64,000 nucleotides of DNA. Source: a virus. Made by a program: the position numbers and the translations under genes. A model generated the notes under the pieces. That model had not been told where the DNA came from. It ran no database searches and saw only the letters and a list, made by a program, of their open reading frames with translations. Every line of letters begins with the position of its first letter. Position 1 is the stretch's first letter. The stretch lies in IMG/VR virus record IMGVR_UViG_3300042883_000874, positions 1 through 64,000 of that record; one strand, given 5' to 3'. Of the stretch, positions 47,630-58,652 are shown one piece after another.

Positions 47630-50600
47630 ATGGTATGTGATTTAAGTAAAAATAATTTAAAAGAGAATCTTGAAAATTATGTAAACCTTTTAATTGAAGG
47701 GCAACTTTTAAATGAAGAAAAGTTTAATTATAAAGATATAATTGATACTATTCAAAAAGATATAGCAGCTGCAAAAAATGACATTCAACAATCATTAGGT
47801 GTTGCATATCATGTGCCTCAAATTATCTATGATACCATAAAGAATAATCCTGAACTTAGTGAAAAAGAACTTGTTAAAAGAGGTTATGATTCAACTCAGT
47901 TAATTAAAGACATAACTGCTTTAGAAGATGCTGAAGATAAAATGGCTGCTATCTCTACTTTATTAGGTATAGAGAATACAAGTATTGAAGAAATAGAAAA
48001 AGTAATAGCTCAGCAAGCTACAAATCCAGATAAGATTTATTTTAAAGTAGAAGGTTCAGAAGAGCTTGCAATAGATAATATTTTATCTGTTGATGGATAT
48101 AATTTAACAACTCAACAAACAGCTGAAGAAGAAAAAGTAAATGGTAAAACTATCCCTAGTAGAACAGCAAGAGATGCAGATAAAGCATTCTATCAAGATG
48201 GTTTAGCTAAGATTTTACTAGCTAGAACAAGTGCTGACCAAGATTTTACAGAACTTGAATATGATGGTAAAACTGGTTTTAGAGGAAAAGTAATGTATGA
48301 AAAAAACATTCCAGGAAAAAAAAGAGCTGGTAGAGAAGACTGGTTACCTAGAAATGTAGTTATGCTTGTTTTAACTGATAATCAAGGTAATATTATGTAC
48401 TTTGATGAAAATCATAAAATTGCTAATATTAATACAGGTAAACCTATTTACTTTGCATTAAAAACAGTAAGTGTTACTAATACTAAAAACATTAAAGCTA
48501 GTCTAGCTTCTAAATTTAAAAACATAACTCCTGAACAAGAGCAAGAAATTAATGAAAAAGTTAAAAAAGATGCTGAAGCTCTTAATAAACTTAAAAAGAA
48601 ATTAGAAGATACAGAATCAGTTTTAGTTAACTTAACTGGAGGGTCAGTTGGAGTTGCTCAAAAATTAGATATTTTAACAGAGAAAGAACAAAAAGAAGGA
48701 GGAGCTACCTTATCAGAATTTAATCAAGATTCTTTTGACCCAAATATAGTATTTGTTAGAGAGGTATTAAAAGGTGTTACAAGAACTTTACCAGCAGTTA
48801 AGTTTTATACTGCAGAAAATTTAATAACATTAAAGAATTCAACAACTCTTGGTAATCAGGATCCTGAACTAATGGATCATCTTATAACTGTTCTTACTGA
48901 AGATATTGGATTAACTGATGTAGAAAAAGAACAATATGTTAGTCAGTTTATAAATCTTTATAGAGATGCTGCTGAATCTGATGCAAAACTTTTACCTTAT
49001 GTTATTGGTATAAAAACTGATAATAATAAAAAGCTTTATATTAATCTTAATAATGTAAGTGTGCCTTTAGAAAATAAAGAGGTATCTAAGCAAATGCTTA
49101 AAGACTTCTTTACTAATAGTGTATATATTCATTTTAATAATAAACTTTATACAAAACAACAATACACTAAATACACTATTGAAGATACAGCTATTGGGTA
49201 TAAGATAGTTTCTAAAAATGAATTAGCTTATAAACCATTTATATTCAGCAAGTTTACACCTAGAGTTGTAAGAGATAAGAATACAGGTTTACCAATGGTT
49301 GTAAATGGTTATTTAAACTTTGAATCTGAGTTAACTCAAGCTGAAGTTAAACAACAAGTTGTTGAAACTAGAAATAATACTGTAGCTCAAAATATACCAA
49401 TAACCAATACTGAAGCAGAAGAAGACTTGGATGATTTAAAATCTTCTAAGTTAATACAAAACTCTGCTACAGCTAAACAAGATGCTAGAGCTGAAAACTG
49501 GTGGAGAAATGAATCAGCATTGGCTAAAGAAGTGGATAGTGCTGGAAAACCTCTTTTTAGTCTATCCCTATTAAGAAATGTTGTAAACTCTGATGCATGG
49601 GCAAATTTTAGTAATTCAACTATTACTTTATTTAAAGGAGCTAGTTTTACTCAAGTTTATCATGAGGCTTGGCATGCTTTTAGTCAAGTGTATTTAACTA
49701 AAGATGAAAGAACTGAGTTGTTATACAAACCTGTATCAAAACTTCCAGGCAGTTTTAATGTTGTTAAGAAATTTGTAGAACCAGGTGGTGGTGTTTCTTA
49801 TAGAATGGTTACTTTAAACTTTAAAGATCTTGATGTAAACAAGAGACAAGATAGATTATTAATAGAAGAATTTATAGCTGAAGAGTTTAGAAAGTATGCT
49901 ATGAATAATGGTAAGTTTAAAACTGACTCTAAAGCAAAGACTGCCTTAGGTAGAATCTTTGATAGAATATGGAAGGCTTTAAAAGCTCTAGTAGGAAATT
50001 CTGATGTATACTCTAACACAAGTTCAGAAGGTGTTTTAGGTGATATGTTTAATGCTTTATATTCAGCTAAGTCTCCTGAAGACTTATTACCATATTCAGC
50101 TAATCTAAAAAATGCTGAGTTTGGTTCATTAAATAGTGGAGGTATTGTAACAGACAATGCTGAAAATGACTTAAGTGTATCTGAAGCTTTACTATTAACT
50201 AGAACTATAGATGGTATATTATCAGAATATGTAAATGAACAAGTAGGAAAAGGTCACTTTAGTGCAGTAACAAAAGTATTTTCAAGTAGAAAGTCACTTA
50301 CTAATATTTATAATAGAGCAAAGAATAGACTTAATGATAAAATAATTCAGTTAACAGATGAGAGATCTAAGCTTGCACCTACTGATGAACAAGCATTAAC
50401 TATCATTAATGATAAGATTAACTTATTAACAAGAGCTGTTAGAGATGAAGTATTTGGAGATATTGGTAAAGCCTTAGCTGGTCAAACTGCTAATGTTTCA
50501 GTTGTTTCTTTTCATAAAAACAACAGTACATTTAAAGATTTATTATCTACATTCAAACCTATAGTAGATGAAAAAGATAGTGATGACTATGAAGAGACCA

Positions 50601-53600
50601 GTGACACTGCTCAACAAGAGTTAGCTACAAGTCTTGATGCTTCTAGTAATGATGTTGCTTCAGAAAAATTAGCTGATGACTTAGTATTATATGTAATAAA
50701 AAGTTTAAATAAACAAACTAAAGATGGAGAGCCTGAACTAAATGAATTAGGTTTTCCTGAACCAATTGAGTTCTTACCTTTTTGGAGAGTCTTAATGGAT
50801 AAAGCTTCTGGTGAAACTTCACCATTAGGTTTATATAACAACCTTAAAAATGCATCAAAAGTATCTCCTTTGTTTACACAATTGTTAGGTAAGATATACT
50901 CGCAACAAACAGAAGAAGGTGAATTACTTTCTCCATCTGACTCATTAACCAAAATGTTTAAAGAAGGTAGTGACATTGGAGCTTTGTGGATGAAGTTTGT
51001 ACAGTCTACAAACTTACATAAAGTTGATATAGTTTCTACTGTTGTTCAAGAATATTCTAATAAACCAACTGATATAAGAGTTGGTAAAACAACTGCAGAT
51101 TATTTAGGAATTGTAAATACTGATTGGCCTTTAGCTTTTCAACAAAAAGAAATTGATAGTTTTACATATAAAAAAGATCAACTTAACTATATAGATTTAG
51201 AAGCTGTAGTTAATAGATATCTTATTAAAGGTGTAAACAATGAAAATAAAAATGTTTACAGTGTTTCAAAAGAAAACTATATTCCTTTCTTAAATAGTAT
51301 TGGCTTATTCTTATCTGACATGTCAGAAATTAAAGATAGTCTTGTACCTAATGATATAGATTTTATTGCAGATGCTATTGGACAAACTCAAGATAGTAAT
51401 GATTTAGCTACAAAAGACAAGGATAAAGTAAATATTGATAACATTATTGTTTATTTAGGTAAAGCTAGAACATTAAGCAATGGTACAAAACTTCCTGCAA
51501 ATGCTTTTGCTGTAAACAAGTTAGCTGAAACAGAAGCTTCTTATTCTACTGAATATGCAAACTCTATGAGATTTAATGCTGCTAAAAAGTTAAAGTCTTT
51601 ATTTGCACTTAATAGTACTGATACTCAAAAAATAAATGGTCTTAAGAAAGCTAATGAACAAGGAGATTTATATTCAGATAATCCTGAACTTGTTCACATG
51701 AACTTTCTTAATCCTAAGAGTAATCCTTTGACAAAAGGTTCAATCATACTAAAATCTTTATTTTCTAGTGTTACTGGTATTAAGATTAAAGATAATGATA
51801 TTAACTACCGTGATCTTAGTGGTATTAGTTACATAGATGAAACTTATGCTAGTGATGGTGTTACAAGTGCTAAGATGGGCTTTTTAGATAAAGTGTTATC
51901 TGTATTTATTTCTACTCTTGGTGGAGGTTACATGGATGGAATTCAAGCTGGTGATAAAAGTTCAAACTTTGGAGTTAAGCTTAATGTTATTGATACCTAT
52001 GATGAAAAAATAAACAAAGGTTTATATGTAGACACTGTAGCTTTTATGAAAGATGCTTCAGGTAGATCTATAATGGGATATAACCCAATGCAAAAAATAT
52101 TAGATATGTTGTATCCTAAATTAGAGGGTGAGATAAGAAGAATTGCAATGGTTAAAGCTGATCCTGAATACTATAACAATATTACAGGATTTGAAAGAGG
52201 TACTGAATTTGATATTTTTGATGAGATACTTGATGGTTCTCCTGGTCTTAAAGAGGCTTTAAAGTCTGAAGAACTATTTGAAAGTTTAAATAAAGTAGGT
52301 GATTTATATATTGTATTAAATGATAATCCTGCATTAAAAAAACAACTTAATGATAATATTATTAAATTCTTTGATAAACTAGAAGAGAGTTATAATAAAG
52401 ATTTATTTGATCCAATTTTTGGAGTTGATCAACCTTTACCTGCAATATTAAAAGAACTTATATTAAAAGACTTAGTTAATAATACTAAAGAAAAAAATAA
52501 TATTTATGGGGCTACTCCTGAAGATGTAGATTTAAATATTAAAAAAGCAGCTATAAAGTCTTATATGTTTAATAACTTTATACATAAGACTGAAACTACT
52601 TTATTATTACAAGGAGATGGCTTCCAATTTGATCATACTAAAGATGATATGACTAAGAGAGGTCCTGGTTCTCAATCTGGTGGTACTATATTTCCTGTTG
52701 ATCTATTGACTAAGATCTTTATTGATGCTAAAGTAGGAAGACCTTATGAACAAAAACTTATAGCTGATAAGATTATTGCAGAAAAAGAAGTAAGAACTTA
52801 TGGGCCTACTCTTAATTCAGCAATTATACAAGAAAGTGAAGTTACTTCAGTTTACTTTAATATGTACAGAGATTTATTTAAAAGAGACTATATAGATAAA
52901 GGATTAACTGATGAAGATGAAATTAATGCAGCTTTATATGGTGTAGATCCTGACACAGGTGAGATAGGTAATGCTGAAGTTGATGCAGAAGGTAATTACA
53001 GTAATGTATTTAAAGGAGGTAAAATGAAAGCCTTTATTAACATTCAAGATGCGGATGGTCAAGCTTTAATTACTTTTGATACTTATAGAATACTTAGACA
53101 AGCTGAAGGTAATTGGTCAAATGAACAAGAAGCTTTGTACTTTAAAGTTATAAATGGAGAAACAATTACTGCTACTGAGTTAACTAACATGTTTCCTGTA
53201 TATAAATTACAATACGATGGACCACTTGCTACAGAAGTTGGTAGATTTCCTATACAAGCTTTTCATAAGTATTCATTATTCCCATTAATACCAAGTGTTA
53301 TTAAAGACTTCCCTGCTAATGATGTACATAAAGCAATGATTTCTCAAAACATTGACTATATTACATTTACATCTGGTTCTAAAAGATCATCTATTAAGTC
53401 TAGTCCTGAAAGTAAGGGAGATTCTATATATGAAGGAGATACAAGTAATCTTAAAGCTGACTTTACTTTTACACCTAATACTATTTATATTGCTTACTTA
53501 AAGAACCAAACCTCAGTTAATACTTACTTTAAACAACAATCTACATTCTCTACTCAGTTACGTAAGTTAATAACTAGTTTATTGTATGCTTATGGTGTAC

Positions 53601-56600
53601 CAACAGATTATATTAAAGCTAATAACTTTAACAGTCCTGAAGAGGCACAAACAGCTTGGGATAAAGTTAAATACAAAAGACTTGAAAGTAAATTTCATGA
53701 TTATACTGAAGAATTCAAGGAGAGTATTGATGATTATGTAAAGTTTAAGAAAGAAGAATTACTTGAAGAACTAGGCTGGACAGAAGATGATTTATATGCT
53801 GAAAAAGTAGATGATGCAAAAATTAAATCAATGCTTGTAGTTTTAAATAAAGAATTTAAAAGACAAGGCTTTAGTGCACATGAAAGAGAATTATTAGAAT
53901 CATCATCTAATATTGACAAGTTAGACTTAAGTGTTAGTCCTTTAGCAGCTAGATTTGAAAGAATGATTATGGCTATGGTTAATAACAGATTAGTTAAGAC
54001 CAAGTTAAAAGGTGAACCTTTAGTTGAGGTATCATCAGCTTTCATGCAAAATACTAAACTTAGAAATGCTACTGCAGAAGAAAAAGCTAAATATAAAGAT
54101 GATTTTGCAACTAATGGTTTAAAACCTTATGCTGTTGATGGTATAAATAACAGTATAGGCTTTATGTTCAAAAGAGCCTTAGGTAAGATGGATGAAAATT
54201 TATTTCAAACTGATTACTTTATTCTTAATGAAGCTGGTGAATATGTAAATTCAGGACAGCCTATTGCTATATATAAAGATGAAGATCAAGAAGAACTTGA
54301 CTTTGATGCTAGTTTCATTAGATTAAATGAAATGCTTAGAGTTGATGCCTGGAGAGCTAATGATGAGAATAATAAAAAGTTAAGACTTACAGGTGTAAGG
54401 ATTCCAGTACAAGGTCATAACTCTATGGAGTTTGGTGAAGTAGCTGAGTTCTTAAGACCAGAGGCTGGACCAATTATCATTATTCCTGCTGAGATTGTAG
54501 CTAAATCAGGTACTGACTTTGACGTTGATAAGATGACTACCTACATGCCATTTCTTACTAGAAGTGGTAAGTTAATGAGGAAGTATGATAAAGAAGGAAT
54601 TGAAGCAGAAAGAAAAGAGTTAGAACAAAAGTTTGAAGATTTAAAAATTACTAAAGGAGCTATTGAAATACTTAAAAATAAAAAACAAGCTCAATGGTTA
54701 GATATTAATCTTAAACTTAATGACTTTAGAAAAGCTGTTAGCATAAGAGCTAGAGGTTTAAATATTGATGCTGATTTATTAAATTCACTTACAAGTTCTA
54801 AAAGTAAAGAGATCATAAAAATTATGAGTGATCCAAATGTAGAAAATCTTGTAAAAGAATTCTTTCCTAAAGCTAGTCTTATTTACAACTACTCAATAAA
54901 AGGAATTACTTTAGAAGATGTTGATGCTGTTGATGGAGCTTTAAGATCATTATATAAAAATAAATCTGAACTTAGTAAAGTATATACTGAACTTTCTGAT
55001 CTTAATGATAATGAAAATAACTTAGGAGGTGGTCTTCAAAATAAACTAATTCAAGATATGGTTAATATTCTTGAGTTACCTGAACTAGCTGCTTCATTAA
55101 TGTCTCCAAATGATACTAACTTAGTTAAGCCTTATGCTGATAAGATAAAAGGTTATATACAAGAAGCTGATAATGAGACTGACTTTACCAAATCTCTAAT
55201 GACTGGTAATAAAATGTACAAGAAAGGAATCAGTACTACAAAAATATATACTGAAACTTATAATATTAAAAAGCATCAAGAAAACTTTAGTAGTAAAGAC
55301 TCATTAGGTATTGCTGCTGTAGATAACTACATCAATAACTTGCTTAATATGGCAGGAGCTAAGATGCAAAAATCTGTAAATGTTACAGCAAAAGTAGCTG
55401 AAACTAAAAGATCTTTCAATAAAAAAACAAATAAATGGGATACAAAAACTGTATGGGCTAATCAAGTTGTAGAAATTCCTTTAGATTTAAATCTTGCTCA
55501 TAACAAACTTGATGGTGCTATATCCTTATCTCACATCATGGATAAAGAAGGTAAGAATTCTATTGCTGATATTATCAATCAGATGATGAATGGTTTTGTG
55601 GATGCTGGTAAAGATGCTTGGGTTGCTTACTTACAAGGTAATCCTGAAGTTGTACCTAAGTTCTTATTCTTATTAGAGGCTGGTGTTCCTATTGAAACTA
55701 TAGCATACTTTGTATCTAATCCAATGACTAGACAGTATGTTAAAGACAAAGCTAAGGCTAAAGCTACTTTATCAAAGTTGTTTAATTTTGGTACTCAGTA
55801 TGATGTAGCTCCTAATATGTTAAAGACTATTTCAGAATATTTACCAGAAGCTGAAGCTGAAATTCTCTCTAAAAATGGTTATAAGGACTTGCCAAAAGAT
55901 AGTATTTATAATATTACAACAGCTTTAAACTATTTTAAGAAACCTGAAACTTTCACTAAAGAAACTCTTGAAGGATTAGTAAAATCAAAGTTAAACTATA
56001 AAGATCCTAATCAAATAGCTGCATTCTTAGAGTACTTGTATGTAGAAAAAATTATTGAGGATTATGATGCAATGAAAAAAGCAATGAATCCTGATACTAA
56101 ACCTAGTGGTGATCAATACTCAGCTCAAGCAAAAATTGAAGAAGTTGCTGGTCTTGCAAATACACCAACTTTAGATCCTGGTCCAATACAAAAACTATCT
56201 ACAGATAGTATTATATCTCCATATTTTATACAAGATTTTGCTAGAAGATTGTTTAGTAGATTATTTAAGTTAAGAGATGATGCTCAGTTAAATAACTTTC
56301 TTATTAAAACTTTTAAAAATAGAACTGCTATGTCTCAAGCAAAAAAAGCTACAGGATATGACAGTGAAACTTATATTACTAAGTTTAAAAACTTTATTTC
56401 TCAGTACATTTTTGCTAATGAGTTAAGAGTTTATAAATCTGGAGATACTGAATATAAAAATGAAGTTATTAATCCTAAGTTTTTAGAACAACTTAATCAG
56501 GATTTTGATGCTGGTTTATACTTAGCTACTAGTACTGATGAAAACTCTTATAAGAATAGAGGTTTAACTCCTATTAATGGTAAAGCATTTCCAAGATTAG

Positions 56601-58651
56601 TAAAAATGGGGAAAGATCAACAAATGTATTTTGTACCTAATGAAAAACTAAGAACTGATTTTATTGAGTTTGGGTTAGAGAGAGAATACTTAAGAAAGAG
56701 AACTACTCTTGCTGATGTTATTGATACAAATGAGTTTCTTACCAGAAGAAAAAGATTAAAAGATTCAGGTTCTTTAGAGTATAAACAAACAGATGAAGAA
56801 ACTAATGAAGAATATGTTAATAGATTAAATAATCTTACCTATGAAGATATGTTAGCTAATAAAGCTTTAACTAATACTTACAACATATGGCAGTTATTTA
56901 GATCTGGAGACAATACTATAGCTAGAGAGTTGATGGATATCATTACAAACTATCCTGAGATGAGTGATCTTACTAAATACTCTATGTTAAAACAGTTTAT
57001 GCCTCAAGGTATACCTAACATAGCTGCTTATAGAGATGTGTTAAACTTCCAATTAAAAAATTATGAGAATCTTGATGAAGGTTTAATTAGTGAATACTAT
57101 ACCCAATGGAATAATTTATCTAATGTTGGTGAACCTAAATTAACTAGTAAAAAATACAGTGATGGTAAAGCTAATGCTTACATAAGTAAGTTTTTTGAGA
57201 ATCTTCCTATCTATGCTTTCTTACAATCAGGTATGGATTCAAGTAAGTTCTCTTTATCTAGTATGATGCCTTATGAAAAGTATCAAGAAATAATGGAAAA
57301 AGCTTCTGAGAAGTTTCTTAAAAAGATTGAAACAACTGATCCTGATACAATTTTTGGTGGTTTAAAGAAACTGTTTGAAATGGAGAATAGTGCATCTCAA
57401 GGAAAATTAAGAAACAGAGGAGCTAATTTAAAAGTTGATATTTCTAACTTACCTGATGCTGAAAATAACATCTATGAACAACCATTCATTAAGCCAGTAA
57501 CAGGAGATACTGAAATTCCTACAGGAATATTTAATATAACTAGTACTTATGTTCAGAATGGTAGAGAGTATCCAGTTACTAAGGATAGGGTTGAAAAATT
57601 AATAAAAGCAAACCCTAATGTTATATTCTTACTTTCTCCAGCTGACTTACACAAGGTTGGTAAGGACTTAACTCCTGAAGAAATTAAAGCTGCTCAAAAA
57701 AATATTGATATTGCTATTGACAGAATATTAAGTCAAGGTAATGATGTAGTAATATTTGCTGAAGGCTTTGGAGATTCTCCTAAGAACTTCTTCAGTACTA
57801 GTACTGACATGAGTACTAAACCAGTAATTAGTCCAGTTGTAACTGAAAAGAGTACAACTACTCAACAATCTGCTGAAGAAAAAGAAGTTGATAGACTTAG
57901 AGCAAAAGAAAAAGCAGCGTATGCTGCTATGACTAACCCAGCAGATCAAGAAAAGAGAAAAGAAATTTATCTTAAGTATGATAAGTTACTTACTCCTTTA
58001 ATGAAAAAGATTGATGCTACTCAACCATCTAGTAGTGTTATACCTAAAGGTTTTAAACTTTCTATAGATAAAAAAGGTAAAGATCAAGGTAAAGCTAATT
58101 TAGCAAATGCTTTTATTTCTTATCCTAATTCTGGAACATCAAGTTATGCTTATTTACAAGATGCTAAAAAACAAGGTATTCCTGTTAATGATGAAATTAA
58201 AGTTGGCCCACAAGTAATAGCTTTTGTTTCTGTAAATGGTAATAATAAAGCTACAGATAAACAGATAGAAGATACTTATTTACAAGCTAGAGAAATAATT
58301 GAAGCAGGTGGTACTATTATAATGGACTCAACTTCTGATGCTAATAGATCATGGAATAAACAAGGAGAAGCTTTAGTACAAGCTGAATTAGGAGTTCCAA
58401 CAGGTCAAACTTCTAAAGGGTATAACTATTGGGGAATTAATCCTGAAAGTACTACTCAACCATCTACTGAAGCATTAGACTTTAAAACTATGCCTGAATT
58501 TACAATAGATAGAAAGAGAGAAATTTTAACTAACTTAGCAGCCAAACATGGTGTAACTCAACAAGAAGCTTATGAGTATATCAATGAAGCTTTGAATGAT
58601 AAAACTAAGAACCCTGTTACTATAATTAATAAACTAAAAGAATGTTACTAA
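47630..58651 (+). CDS. Virion-packaged two-barrel RNA polymerase polyprotein with zincin domain
   Basis: 3673 aa. Catalytic GTDFDVDK (DFDVD at 54515-54529), RIPVQG and DADGQ motifs. HEAWH...EEFIAE metallopeptidase motif (49661-49675). Confidence 0.9.
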   Translation: MVCDLSKNNLKENLENYVNLLIEGQLLNEEKFNYKDIIDTIQKDIAAAKNDIQQSLGVAYHVPQIIYDTIKNNPELSEKELVKRGYDSTQLIKDITALEDAEDKMAAISTLLGIENTSIEEIEKVIAQQATNPDKIYFKVEGSEELAIDNILSVDGYNLTTQQTAEEEKVNGKTIPSRTARDADKAFYQDGLAKILLARTSADQDFTELEYDGKTGFRGKVMYEKNIPGKKRAGREDWLPRNVVMLVLTDNQGNIMYFDENHKIANINTGKPIYFALKTVSVTNTKNIKASLASKFKNITPEQEQEINEKVKKDAEALNKLKKKLEDTESVLVNLTGGSVGVAQKLDILTEKEQKEGGATLSEFNQDSFDPNIVFVREVLKGVTRTLPAVKFYTAENLITLKNSTTLGNQDPELMDHLITVLTEDIGLTDVEKEQYVSQFINLYRDAAESDAKLLPYVIGIKTDNNKKLYINLNNVSVPLENKEVSKQMLKDFFTNSVYIHFNNKLYTKQQYTKYTIEDTAIGYKIVSKNELAYKPFIFSKFTPRVVRDKNTGLPMVVNGYLNFESELTQAEVKQQVVETRNNTVAQNIPITNTEAEEDLDDLKSSKLIQNSATAKQDARAENWWRNESALAKEVDSAGKPLFSLSLLRNVVNSDAWANFSNSTITLFKGASFTQVYHEAWHAFSQVYLTKDERTELLYKPVSKLPGSFNVVKKFVEPGGGVSYRMVTLNFKDLDVNKRQDRLLIEEFIAEEFRKYAMNNGKFKTDSKAKTALGRIFDRIWKALKALVGNSDVYSNTSSEGVLGDMFNALYSAKSPEDLLPYSANLKNAEFGSLNSGGIVTDNAENDLSVSEALLLTRTIDGILSEYVNEQVGKGHFSAVTKVFSSRKSLTNIYNRAKNRLNDKIIQLTDERSKLAPTDEQALTIINDKINLLTRAVRDEVFGDIGKALAGQTANVSVVSFHKNNSTFKDLLSTFKPIVDEKDSDDYEETSDTAQQELATSLDASSNDVASEKLADDLVLYVIKSLNKQTKDGEPELNELGFPEPIEFLPFWRVLMDKASGETSPLGLYNNLKNASKVSPLFTQLLGKIYSQQTEEGELLSPSDSLTKMFKEGSDIGALWMKFVQSTNLHKVDIVSTVVQEYSNKPTDIRVGKTTADYLGIVNTDWPLAFQQKEIDSFTYKKDQLNYIDLEAVVNRYLIKGVNNENKNVYSVSKENYIPFLNSIGLFLSDMSEIKDSLVPNDIDFIADAIGQTQDSNDLATKDKDKVNIDNIIVYLGKARTLSNGTKLPANAFAVNKLAETEASYSTEYANSMRFNAAKKLKSLFALNSTDTQKINGLKKANEQGDLYSDNPELVHMNFLNPKSNPLTKGSIILKSLFSSVTGIKIKDNDINYRDLSGISYIDETYASDGVTSAKMGFLDKVLSVFISTLGGGYMDGIQAGDKSSNFGVKLNVIDTYDEKINKGLYVDTVAFMKDASGRSIMGYNPMQKILDMLYPKLEGEIRRIAMVKADPEYYNNITGFERGTEFDIFDEILDGSPGLKEALKSEELFESLNKVGDLYIVLNDNPALKKQLNDNIIKFFDKLEESYNKDLFDPIFGVDQPLPAILKELILKDLVNNTKEKNNIYGATPEDVDLNIKKAAIKSYMFNNFIHKTETTLLLQGDGFQFDHTKDDMTKRGPGSQSGGTIFPVDLLTKIFIDAKVGRPYEQKLIADKIIAEKEVRTYGPTLNSAIIQESEVTSVYFNMYRDLFKRDYIDKGLTDEDEINAALYGVDPDTGEIGNAEVDAEGNYSNVFKGGKMKAFINIQDADGQALITFDTYRILRQAEGNWSNEQEALYFKVINGETITATELTNMFPVYKLQYDGPLATEVGRFPIQAFHKYSLFPLIPSVIKDFPANDVHKAMISQNIDYITFTSGSKRSSIKSSPESKGDSIYEGDTSNLKADFTFTPNTIYIAYLKNQTSVNTYFKQQSTFSTQLRKLITSLLYAYGVPTDYIKANNFNSPEEAQTAWDKVKYKRLESKFHDYTEEFKESIDDYVKFKKEELLEELGWTEDDLYAEKVDDAKIKSMLVVLNKEFKRQGFSAHERELLESSSNIDKLDLSVSPLAARFERMIMAMVNNRLVKTKLKGEPLVEVSSAFMQNTKLRNATAEEKAKYKDDFATNGLKPYAVDGINNSIGFMFKRALGKMDENLFQTDYFILNEAGEYVNSGQPIAIYKDEDQEELDFDASFIRLNEMLRVDAWRANDENNKKLRLTGVRIPVQGHNSMEFGEVAEFLRPEAGPIIIIPAEIVAKSGTDFDVDKMTTYMPFLTRSGKLMRKYDKEGIEAERKELEQKFEDLKITKGAIEILKNKKQAQWLDINLKLNDFRKAVSIRARGLNIDADLLNSLTSSKSKEIIKIMSDPNVENLVKEFFPKASLIYNYSIKGITLEDVDAVDGALRSLYKNKSELSKVYTELSDLNDNENNLGGGLQNKLIQDMVNILELPELAASLMSPNDTNLVKPYADKIKGYIQEADNETDFTKSLMTGNKMYKKGISTTKIYTETYNIKKHQENFSSKDSLGIAAVDNYINNLLNMAGAKMQKSVNVTAKVAETKRSFNKKTNKWDTKTVWANQVVEIPLDLNLAHNKLDGAISLSHIMDKEGKNSIADIINQMMNGFVDAGKDAWVAYLQGNPEVVPKFLFLLEAGVPIETIAYFVSNPMTRQYVKDKAKAKATLSKLFNFGTQYDVAPNMLKTISEYLPEAEAEILSKNGYKDLPKDSIYNITTALNYFKKPETFTKETLEGLVKSKLNYKDPNQIAAFLEYLYVEKIIEDYDAMKKAMNPDTKPSGDQYSAQAKIEEVAGLANTPTLDPGPIQKLSTDSIISPYFIQDFARRLFSRLFKLRDDAQLNNFLIKTFKNRTAMSQAKKATGYDSETYITKFKNFISQYIFANELRVYKSGDTEYKNEVINPKFLEQLNQDFDAGLYLATSTDENSYKNRGLTPINGKAFPRLVKMGKDQQMYFVPNEKLRTDFIEFGLEREYLRKRTTLADVIDTNEFLTRRKRLKDSGSLEYKQTDEETNEEYVNRLNNLTYEDMLANKALTNTYNIWQLFRSGDNTIARELMDIITNYPEMSDLTKYSMLKQFMPQGIPNIAAYRDVLNFQLKNYENLDEGLISEYYTQWNNLSNVGEPKLTSKKYSDGKANAYISKFFENLPIYAFLQSGMDSSKFSLSSMMPYEKYQEIMEKASEKFLKKIETTDPDTIFGGLKKLFEMENSASQGKLRNRGANLKVDISNLPDAENNIYEQPFIKPVTGDTEIPTGIFNITSTYVQNGREYPVTKDRVEKLIKANPNVIFLLSPADLHKVGKDLTPEEIKAAQKNIDIAIDRILSQGNDVVIFAEGFGDSPKNFFSTSTDMSTKPVISPVVTEKSTTTQQSAEEKEVDRLRAKEKAAYAAMTNPADQEKRKEIYLKYDKLLTPLMKKIDATQPSSSVIPKGFKLSIDKKGKDQGKANLANAFISYPNSGTSSYAYLQDAKKQGIPVNDEIKVGPQVIAFVSVNGNNKATDKQIEDTYLQAREIIEAGGTIIMDSTSDANRSWNKQGEALVQAELGVPTGQTSKGYNYWGINPESTTQPSTEALDFKTMPEFTIDRKREILTNLAAKHGVTQQEAYEYINEALNDKTKNPVTIINKLKECY
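58017..58466 (+). repeat. 15-bp direct repeat CTACTCAACCATCTA (TQPS linker)
   Basis: Exact copies at 58017-58031 and 58452-58466. Variant at 57858-57871. Confidence 0.75.
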
Positions 58652-58652
58652 T

